Source of the DNA: Paraphysomonas bandaiensis
Taxonomy: Eukaryota; Protista; Chrysophyceae
NCBI GenBank assembly: GCA_965644295.1
Contig: CBFFRP010000434.1
Span: 124,001-188,000 of the forward strand
DNA: 64,000 nucleotides
Direction: 5' to 3'
Position numbers and translations under genes: made by a program. Each line of letters opens with the position of its first letter. Positions within the stretch are counted from its first letter, which is position 1. Below the pieces are notes generated by a model that made no database searches, was not told the origin of the DNA, and saw nothing but the letters and a program-made list of their open reading frames with translations. Positions 48,282 to 59,400 of this stretch are shown piece after piece.

Positions 48282-51202
48282 TGAAAGTCTGATTATTACA
48301 TAAGTACGGTTGCGTACAGAAACTAGTTTATGTCTATAGACTAGCTAATAACTAGATTTGCTATATACTACTAGTGGCGGGCAACCGTCTCGGGACTGCT
48401 TGTGCATCGCTGCGAGCACCATGGTGCAACCGTCCCTTGTAGTGAGGTTAGTCGGGGGGTCTACCTTTGGGCAATGTGTCTGGCGGGCCTGTGCCATGGA
48501 TTATGTGGGGGGTGGGTGAGGCGAGTTGTATATGAGAGTGCAAGTCGGTGGTGGAGATGGTGCTGGTTGTTGAGGTGGGGTTTCGGCTACAAGTAAGGAG
48601 AAGTTGTTTCCGGAGTGGTTGCGCTTGCCTCTGTCGGGTCTGGGCTCTTGCAGAGAGTGTAGTTCGTGGGGTGGATGTCGCCTGGAGTAGCTGGAGTACT
48701 TTTGGTGTCGGGTGGGTATCCTGGGGCTGGCGGGGCTTTGCGTGTGTCGGGACCGGTGTCGCCGGTGCCGTGTCTACGTTGTGGTGTCTGTGTCCCCTAT
48801 TGCGAAGCATGCGGAGCCCTCCATCATATAGGGGGAGTAGGATAGAGGCGATGGATTTTTCTAGGGCGTGGAATTGATGTTCGAGCAGTGAGCTGGATAT
48901 GTGGCGTCCGAATGCGTCGGCCAATTGTGTGGCAGTAATGTGGCCGGTCCAGTAGCGCTCAACCTGGGGGGTGGCTGGGTTCCATGCGGCTTTGGTTAGT
49001 TTGGTTATGGCGGTGTAAAACCAGGGATGGGGGAGCGTGCGTGTGCGAAGTTTGTCAAGCTTATTGTGGTGTGCTTGGTGGACATCTTCACATATGTGAA
49101 TGATGTCAGGGTGAGTGCAGGTGAGAAGCATGTGCGCCATGTTGTCTGTGGGGTGTGCACAGTCTGCGCATGTGGAAGCCGTTGTGCGATCGTGTCCGGA
49201 TTTTCCTTTGGCTCGGTTTCTACCCATTGCAAAGGATTTGTCCCATACGTATGCCGTCTCGCGTATACGCTCTGCGAGGGGGATGTAGTGTTTGGAGGAG
49301 TTATGGGTACGGAGGGGATGGAGCTTGTGTGGAAGCCTTGTTCCGCTGCGTGTCCAATACTGCGGGTCTCGTTGCGTTTGTGCAGCATACATGCTATCTC
49401 GTCGGAGGGTGTAGTGATGGAGGTCCCACTGGTGGTGGAGATCTGTAACGTCTCCTAGCATAGGACCGAGGTCTGTGAGGAGGTGTGTATCGTATCTACG
49501 CCAGTGCCATTGACCCGTGGTGAAGAATTCTTCCAGTATGTGCGTAGCGTCTGTTGTGACAACACTGTAGTTGGAGGCTCCGAGCACTTTGTCTAGTGTC
49601 TTCCAGTCGCCGCTGGCGGCGGCGTCAGCTATATAAATGCCGTGGTCAGTGTAGGTCCAGTTGCTTTGATCTTGTGTTCTACGTTCGGGGTGCGAACGCG
49701 TCCATTGTATTGGGCGCTGTTTAAGAGCTGTGGTGGCGAGGCATTCGTAAAATATTCCCTGGGTCCAATCACAGCTACAACTGTACAATGATCTTCACGG
49801 ATGGATCCTTCACACGCACACACCTCACCCCTGCTCACCTACTCGGCAACACCCACACACAGCCCAATTCTCACGACGGAGGAGCTGCAATTGTATGGCT
49901 CCCGCCCAAGAACACCTGGGGTCACAGACAAACCAAAATCCTACAACTTACGGCACCACAGTACACAGCGCCTGGCCTCAACGCATACACTTACGAAACC
50001 CTTGCAATGTCAGCAGCACTGACATTCTCCAATGTACTCCACTCTTCCGTGCCAATCTGGACTGACTGCCAGGCGGTACAGACGCGGACCAAAGAGGCCC
50101 TCTCACACAGACGGCGTGCCCTCGGAACAAAGCACTTTGTCAATGGTAGCTCGGAATTGTGGCGTAGCTGGGGAGGGAGGTTGTATTCTGATGCCTAGTT
50201 GTTGCCCCCATTGTACCAGACTGGTGATGTACGTGTCAACGTCCTGGGGGGGGTGCTCGTAGCGTTGCAAGAGCGATATGGCCGCACTCTTGGGCTGTCC
50301 TCCGAGTGTGAGAGCTCGTTGAAGAGTATGCCATTTCTGAGTCTGGGCGTGGGTTGAAAATTTGCGCAGTCCAAGCCCTTTGTATTTCGGGGGAAGGTAG
50401 ATAAGATCCGTGGGATATCCAGGGGGGAGACGGAGTATTTTCCTAGCGGCCTGCGCGAGTAGTTTGTCTATGGCGATGTATTTAGCGTATGTCCAGGATG
50501 CTTTGGTGGCCTTGTATAGTAGGGTCGGGAGTATTTGTGTGTTGAGGACGAGTAGCTTGCAGTCAGGTGTCGCGCATTTGGATCGTAGAACTGCCGTGGA
50601 TGTGGCTATGTAGGTGGTGCACCAGCTGTGGGAGTCGGTGTCCTTTACTGAGAATGGAAGTTGTACGCCGAGATACTTGGTGGAATTGGTGGTTGTTCGG
50701 ATGGGGATGGGGTGTGGGCACCAGTTCCAGTCTCTTATGATGATGTGTGGGTTTGATTCTAACATGGCCGTCACCGCAAATGGGGCTCCCAGGGCAATGC
50801 ATTCAGTTTTGGGGATGTTTAGTTGCATTCCGGAGAAGGCGCAGAAGGATGAGAGTTTGTCGGCCTTGAGCTGAGTGGCCTCAATGGAAGTTGTGATTTG
50901 GGAGAGGTCATCTGCGTACGCCTCATCTTGGCTATCATCATGTAGGTCAGACCAGCATAGGATCATGTCAAAGATGACGATCCATGCAACTGTGGATTCA
51001 GTTCCACCTTGTGTGACCCCTCTCTCCGCGGAGAATCCCATGTCAGGGTGCTGGATAAAGGAGCCATCTGAGCCAAGCAGTTCTTCGAGTGATCGGGGAT
51101 CGATGTTGTCGGCCATGTGTGGGGTCCAGATGAAGGTGCGACCCCCATCGTCGAGGTCGCTTTTAGCCATTTGATTGTGTCATCGGGGACACCAAGTCTT
51201 GC
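48282..51202 (-). mobile_element. 5'-truncated LINE, family 2 (RT, RNase H, CCHC, tail) with internal inversion ~49764-50132
   Basis: ERGVTQGGTES, AYADD, KYLG on minus; IFTDGS...RRALGTK on plus; PQGIFYEC...KGRPPD* on minus; tail at 48282-48440. No TSD found. Confidence 0.88.
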
Positions 51203-51647
51203 TATCTGGCTGGCGCTTTTATATGGAGGGCAAGCTAGAAGCTATATACGAACCGGGTCATACTTGGCTAGTAATACGTAATCCGTGAGGATCACGTAGA
51301 GGTTTTGTTTATAGGTGACATAAATTTTATCGTCAACGCTTAATATAAACTGTCGACACAATGCTTTCGTCGCGATAGCACTTGGTCCTGAAATGCTTTT
51401 ATATATCAGTGGAAAAATTCCAACCTACTCAACATGTTCACGCGCTAGATTGACAACTACAGCAATATCAGAATCGCAATGAATGCTCTTTATTACCATC
51501 GACATCCAGAAATCACATTCTTTCCAATTACAGTTACGCAGTATCACAAATCATTTACAGTATTAAGACACACGAAGACTATTCGCCATCAATGTTTACT
51601 ACACATTGGCCATCCAATCGTACTAAAAGCGTAGAAATGACAGGCAA

Positions 51648-53974
51648 CTATAAAATATCTACTGTCTTGTCTACCATGGTGCTGTTCCATCTATGGGCAC
51701 ATTGTTTGGCTGAGCGGAGTCCTCCCATATGAGCAGAAACTCTCGCCCAATCTATTCCTCTACCATCTCCCTTAGCTCCACAAGTCTCCACCCCTTCCCA
51801 CAAACGTAGATCCTAGTGATATAAAAACACAAGTATTATCTCCAAAGAGGAATACATTTGTCCATACCTCAGCCTCAGTCCACGCTTGCACCAGCTTTGG
51901 TTTAAGAGTCTTATTCCATCGATGTGAGCACTGCTGTGAAGTTCTCCTACCACCCATGTGTTCAGATACCTTCCCCCAGTGAATAGCCCCCCCTATACCC
52001 TGTCCCCTATACAATTCCATGCCTTCCCGAAGTTTAGCGTCCTGTTTCGGGAATATAAGTACCACAATTATGTAATTCCGATCATTACACAACAGCACAA
52101 CTTGATACAGTATAATCGTATAGTATTTTGTATACCTCTTCGTCTGTCCACATGGAAGACACCACCTCCTGCTTACGATGCTTTAGAGTTACGTTCCACC
52201 TGGTGTTGCACTGCCTTGGAGTCCTCCCACCGCCCATGTGCTCCGCAACTTTATTCCAATCTACGAGGCCACCAACAGCTTCTCTTTCAAACAGACGTAC
52301 ACCCTCTCGGAGCCGTTCGTTCTAACAATCCACATCACTATCGTATGAAGAAATAGGCAAGAAAATAGTATAATAGAATGCCTACCACAAATACTGTAAC
52401 GAAATCGTACCTCCTCTTCAGTCCATGGACAGGTCCGCAGACCTGGAGATCGATGCTTCAATATGTTATTCCATCGATGAGAGCACTGCTGAGGGGATCG
52501 AGTGAAAGACATATGCTCCGCTACTTTTCCCCAATTTACCCTCCCACCCTTGCCCTGGCCCTCAAACAGCCCCACCCCTACCCTTAGAGCTTCATCCTGC
52601 ACAAAGATAAAGTAAAAATACATGCACATAGTGCTTCGCACGTAATATAACGCTAATTGTGATGTCTACATATATGCTGCAGTATTGCACCTCTTCTTGA
52701 GTCCACGGGGTAGCTTTCACCCCTCCCCTCTTGTGCTTAAGAGTGTCCCACCTATGAGAGCACTGCTTCTTCGTTCGTCTGCCCTGCATATGTTGTGCAA
52801 TACTTGACCAGTCTGGACATCCCCTGCTACCGGGACCCTGTCCAGGTTTACAATACATACCCATGGCCTCTATGAGCAGGTCATCCTAGAATTTACTGTC
52901 AGGACAACGTACTGCACTATTACACCGCTTAACAAGACTACATTACCACACACTTCAATATAAAAAAGTACATACATAATCGATATCTTATGCATATTAT
53001 AGAACATATTCATCATTCCTATCAATAAGGTATTGTACAATTGTTCGCGATTTAACAGCTCGTGCCAACAGTGTATTGAGCAGTCCTACCTCATCCTGTG
53101 ACCACGGAGCATGCTTATTACAACCCTGTGGCTTGGAGAGCCGTGCCCAGCGGTCCATACACTGGTCACTAGTCCTGACGAATCCAATGTACGCTGCGAC
53201 AAGGTCCCAGTCCACACCACCAACAGTAGAATACCTCTGTACTCCCTCCCGCAAAAAAGTATCCTATTGTAATTAACTTCACTCCCTCCTCAACAGAATA
53301 TGCATACGCAAATTAATACATACATGCATACATGCCTCACTATATACCATATTTCCACAGCATATAATCTGAATAAAACATACATACGAACACTGACCAT
53401 GGCGTCAGTCCACGACGAATCTGGAGGCATGCTTGAGGAGTTGTTCAGCATGGCCCAGCGCAATTGGCAATCTTGTACTGTGCAATCTCCACCAACCGCC
53501 ATTGCAACCACATCCCAATTGACCTCACCTCCATCCCCCACATCCACAGACGTAAGCTCATACTTCAATATCTCATCCTGCAGACATTTATATCAGTGCA
53601 CTGTCGTACATCCTAACACACAGTTCCCTGACTGTGTCTGTATCAATTATCCAGTGGCCTTAACGAGATAAACCCATCTGATCTGAATAATCACACGAAC
53701 TCACCTCTTCTTCAGTGAAGTCTCTGAACTTTCCCTGTCATAATAACAGTAGCAGTTAAGCCATCACAGGGAGATGACTGCGTTATATGAACACCACCTT
53801 GTTTGTTTTTTGTCGTTTAGAAAGTGGTTGTTCCATATTTACTATTTGCTGAAAACCGGATTGGATATGATGGTTACTGGGCGGTACGTACACACCCTCT
53901 TGGGGCGGTATGTCCTGTACCGGAAGCATAACGTGGTTATAGGGAGCTATCCTGTCGTCTCTCGGTACTTCCAT
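51648..53974 (-). CDS. Multi-repeat Myb/SANT protein (7 repeats), multi-exon
   Basis: Repeated WTxEE|DxxL...W.xVAxHM.xRTxxQCxxRW units; stop TAG at 51648; start uncertain. Confidence 0.85.
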
Positions 53975-54415
53975 GATCTCCTCAATACACAGGATACCTC
54001 TATTGAATCCTTATTTACTTCTATTTCAATAAGATCTGAGAGGCAATCGATCCAATAGTATCTTCTGTCTGAGTATCGTATCGTTACCTCCTCCTCCTGT
54101 TCACAGTTCGCTATGAGACCCCCCACTTATATACACAAAATACTCTGTACTGTAGTTGCCATAGTGAAATCTCATATACATTTCGAAATGACCGTGGCAC
54201 GTACCACCATTAAATCACCAGAAAATTCTTTTTCTCCATCCTAATTTAAATTAACCAATTATCAAAAAGGATCCAAAATTGATTCGCTGAAATATTTTCA
54301 GTTTGACGGTTTAAGATACGAAGAGGAAAATCGGTGGCAGGTAAAGTATAGTGAAGGGACGGATGATAATGATTTCGATTCATATAATTGAATTATCTTA
54401 ATAATCAAAGTAATC

Positions 54416-55818
54416 ATGGCTGATATCAATGAACCAAGAGAAGCTCCTCTGGAGGATTCCGGAGATGGAGTGGAGACCAACTGGGACGAGGTAGTCACCA
54501 GTTTTGATGATATGGATCTGAAAGAGGATCTGCTGAGAGGTATTTACGCCTATGGTTTTGAGAAGCCTTCTGCCATCCAGCAGAGAGCTGTCAAGCCTAT
54601 CCTCACTGGACGTGACGTAATTGCACAGGCCCAGTCAGGTAATTTTTTTGTTTTTTCGATGTGCTACATGTAAAGTGCATATGTTCAACGGGATGATGAC
54701 TAAACAAATACCATCTTTCGAGTCTGTACTTAATGGTTGATGATAAATACCTCTGACAAACTGACCGCTGCTATGTATATATGTGTACATAAAATTTTGC
54801 CTTTGTTGCTGGATATGTGCTGATATTATTGGCAGGTACCGGTAAGACCGCCACCTTCGCCATTGGTATTCTGCAGACACTGGATGTATCTATCAGAGAG
54901 TGCCAGGCTCTTGTACTTGCCCCTACCCGTGAGCTTGCCCAGCAAATCGTGAAAGTCATTACCTCACTTGGAGACTTTATGAGTATCAAAATCCACGCAT
55001 GTGTTGGTGGTACTGCCGTACGTGAGGATATTCGCACACTGCAGGACGGTGTACATGTAGTGGTTGGAACCCCTGGCAGAGTCTATGACATGATCCAAAG
55101 GAGAGCTCTGAGACTAGAGAACATCAGAATGTTCGCCTTAGACGAAGCCGATGAAATGCTCTCTAGAGGGTTTAAAGAACAAATCTATGATGTCTTTAAG
55201 TATATGCCCGAGAGTGTTCAGTGTACAATTTTCTCCGCTACAATGCCTTTAGAAGTGTTGGAGGTTACTCGCAAGTTCATGCGCGATCCTATTCGTATTC
55301 TCGTGAAGAAGGATGAGCTCACCCTTGAAGGTATCAAGCAGTTCTTTATTGCCATTGAGAGGGAAGAGTGGAAGCTAGAGACTCTATGTGATCTGTACAC
55401 TACTCTTACCATCACCCAGGCCATTATATATTGCAATACCCGCCGTAAGGTAGATTGGCTCACAGAACAGATGCAGAGCCGTGACTTTACTGTCTCGTCC
55501 ATGCACGGTGACATGGAACAGCGAGAGAGAGACATGATTATGAGAGAGTTTAGATCCGGTTCCACCCGTGTTCTCATTACAACCGATCTGCTTGCTCGTG
55601 GTATTGACGTCCAACAGGTGTCTCTTGTGATTAACTATGACCTTCCCACAAATAGAGAGAATTATATTCATCGTATTGGCCGCTCTGGTCGATTTGGTAG
55701 GAAAGGTGTGTCCATTAACTTTATTACCCAAGGAGATGTAAGATATCTTCGCGACATCGAAGAGTTCTACCACACTCAGATTGAGGAAATGCCTTCTAAT
55801 GTGGCAGATCTCCTTTAA
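54416..55818 (+). CDS. EIF4A: Eukaryotic initiation factor 4A (DEAD-box helicase), 2 exons
   Basis: [18 protein letters not shown] (intron 54639-54835), [34 protein letters not shown]. Confidence 0.97.
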
Positions 55819-56266
55819 GCAGATGCTACGCTGTTGACATGTGTGTCACGGAGTGGTGTCTTTATTGGATCAGTATAGTGTAGTCGACCATTGGCATCGT
55901 TGTCATGGCCACTTATATAGACACGTGCATTCTCCGTAAGCATCCTCAAACTATTAGCACTGCCATAATTATCATCCCCTAATATGCATGGTGCTGTGGG
56001 TGTTAGTGGTTAATGTTAGATGGCATATCATTTGCCTCGAACTTGGTTTTGGTAGTTGTTCTTTATAAGGTAATTATATTCTTACTAGCACTCATACCCT
56101 TTCCATTTTGCGTTCTGGTTTTGTCCTTTACATCTCTTTATCCTAAATCACAGCATAAGAGTTACTGACTACTGACTGCAAAAATTACGCAAAACAATTT
56201 AGTAGTAGATGACGGCACACAGCAGTGACGATTTATTTAGTGCACCTAGTGTTAGTATGTGCATTT

Positions 56267-56412
56267 CGGGGCCTGGTAACCAGTAATGGTAATGGCATTA
56301 TAATATACATACATAATACATACTGCTACTATCTGTACATACATCTACTATAGCAGTTGGTTGCCGGTAACCGGACAACCATTAATGGGCCATTAATGGT
56401 TACCAGGCCCTG
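56267..56412. mobile_element. hAT-type MITE, 146 bp
   Basis: TIRs cggggcctggtaacca / tggttaccaggccctg; 8-bp TSD GTGCATTT (56259-56266; right copy from 56413, hit by Copia B). Confidence 0.8.
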
Positions 56413-56419
56413 GTGCATT

Positions 56420-59400
56420 TATTAATTTACGCTTTTAGTTAGTGCAATATTGACTGATTGATATTATAGGAGATATAGTAAGTTTATGATGTTGTAGCCC
56501 TGTGAGTTAGGAACCACGTCATTCACCAACATCAACATTCTGTTCTACAAATCATATCTTTAACAGCTACTATATTTTCAGTTTCTTTGTATACTTGTAA
56601 TAGCTACTCCTATACTGTAGTCATGTATATTCTGTATTTCATTGCTACATAGAATACAGGATAACTACTAGCGATTGACTTTACCAAACTTCAAGTACGC
56701 ACGTAGGAGTTGGTTGTAGTTCAATACTCCCACTCAATGAACATATCAGAATATACTGTGATGAGCAAGTCTACTTAGTGCGATACCATAGTGTGCACAT
56801 GCTGATAGTGCAGCTTCTCGGACAAGGCTTTAGTCATCACGTCTGCTGTCATCTCTGCCGTTGGCACATGATTCAGCCTGACGATACAGCCTCCCACTTG
56901 CTCTCGAATCCAATGATACTTGATCCGAATATGCTTGGAACGTTTATGATTTACCGGGTTCTGAGCTAGATCAATCGCACTCTTGCTGTCCATATTCAAG
57001 ATTGTTGGAGACGCATTCTTACTGAGCTCAAATCCACGAATTCCGAGCTCTGTCATCACCCCTCGTATCCATACAATCTCCTGAATTGCAGCATATGCAG
57101 CCATATATTCAGCTTCCATAGTCGACGTAGCCACTGTTGGCTGCAGTCTGGACTGCCATGCAATTGGAGCACCCCACAGATATACGATATACCCTGTAGT
57201 GGATCTGCATGTATCCAGATCTCCGGCCCAATCTGCATCAGAGTACACACATAGAGGGTCTTCATCTGTGAAATTAGGAAATATGATACCTTGATCAACT
57301 GTATTTTCTAAATACAATAAAGTATGCAGAGCAGCTTGACATGCAGCGTACGTGGGTCTTGTGGTGAACCGGGAGAGAAGATTTACTGTATATGCCATGT
57401 CTGGTCTAGTATGCACTGCCAAATACATTAAGGCACCAATAACAGATTGATAGGGAAATGCATCAACGTATTCTCTCTGTTTTCGAGTTTCTTCCTCTTT
57501 TGCATCCTTGGACAACTTTAGGCCAGGTGGTAGAGGTGTGGTTGCCTTGCACCGTCTCTTCTTTTCTGACAACAAGTGATTGAATCTGGCCACAACATCT
57601 TTAGCATATGCAGACTGATGTAACTTAATCTGGCCATTATGACGCTCAATGGTAAGACCTAAATAATGCTTAAGGTCCCCCATATCTTGCATGGCATATT
57701 GAGTCTTAAAGGCGCTGATGACTTCTTCAATATGACGGCTGTCAGAGCTGAGCACAATGATATCATCTACATACACAAGTATCATATGTAGGTTATCATC
57801 AGTACCCTTGAGTACAAATAAACATGGGTCAAGAACACATTGTTTATACCCCATCGCCTTTATACTGTCCTTCAGCATTGAATGCCAATTTCGAGGCGCT
57901 TGTTTTAGGCCATACAAACTCTTCAGAATCTTCAAACAACAGCCTTGTGGAATATCTATTCCTGCAGGTGGAGACATAAACACGTCTTCGTCCAGATCTG
58001 CATACGGAAATGCCGTTTCTACATCGAGTTGACGGAGTTGCAGATTGTATCGCAGAGCCAGTGCCAGTGCTAGCCTAAATGATACACCTTTAGCTACTGG
58101 GGAGAATGTCTCATTATAGTCGACTCCTTGTTCTTGAGTAAACCCTTTCGCCACAAGTCGAACTTTGAACTTCTTAATTTTTCCAAGATGGTCGCGCTTT
58201 ACTTTAAAGACCAATTTAGATTTTATGATTTTTCGGTGTTTCGGCCTTCGGACAATCTTCCAGCATGTCCTTCGTTCAAGCTTGTGCACCTCCTTCCTGG
58301 TAGCTTCAATCCAGTATGTTCTCTGTGGAGTCTTCTTTGCTTCTGCCAGCGTCTGTGGCTCTTTAATTGTGCTGTTGGAGGAATCAAGAAACAATGAGAC
58401 ATCGCCGAGGACACCAACGTTAACAATGTGCCGTTTTTTTCGAGGTCGTTTTTCAGTTCTGGGATTTCGATCTGCCCCACCTGTTGAAGATGCGCCCCGA
58501 TTTGAGCGGTCAGGAGTCCTCTGTTCATTGTCACTGTCATTACAAGTCTGATCCAACTCATTTCGCAAACTATTAAACTTGTCGGTCTGACACTTTGTAG
58601 AGTGAGTCATCTTTACTACATCTTTGATATGAATTGGAGTTTGCTCCTCGGTAGTATTTCCTTTCATATCTAATCTCCTATATGCAACAATGACTCCTCT
58701 TCTCTCTATCACTCTGGTGGTAACATAACACAGGTGTCCATCAAGATGTCTGAGGCCCACCAGGTACTGATAGTCATTTACACTCTCTGCTGTTTCTGAG
58801 GTGTCGATTTGTAGATTATCTATTTCGTCGAAATACTCCTGTGAACGCTCTGGAATTGACTCATCAAACTGTGCATTGACTGCAACAATAATAGCATTCA
58901 GGTCTGGAATATATATTTGGTGTCCAACAGGTTGTTGACATTGTCCCATATAGTATCCAGGTTTTCCCTTTTCTTTCCACTCTTTGCGGCGCTGCTCCTT
59001 CGGCACAATAGCCCATGCCTTGCAGCCCCAGATCTTCAAGTCACTCACATCTGGTGCGGTTCCAGTAATATACTCAAAAGGTGAGATGTATCCTTTCGTT
59101 GTCTTCGTAGGTAACCTGTTGATCAGATATACAGCATGCAAGACTGCTTTGAACCAAAATACTGATGGCATGCCACTATCGAGCAATATAGCAAGGGCCA
59201 TCTCCTTCACTGTACGATTAGTGCGTTCCGATAGCGAATTCATTTCGGGTGTGTCACGTGGAGTCCAAGTAACCTGTACAGTCCTTGTGCTGGTGGTTTC
59301 ACGTAAGTACTGCCTGACATGTTGCCCTACTAGTTCTCCTGCGCCATCTGCATGATATCGTCGTAGTTGCAATCCTTCTTTGACAAGTTGGGTCTCTACC

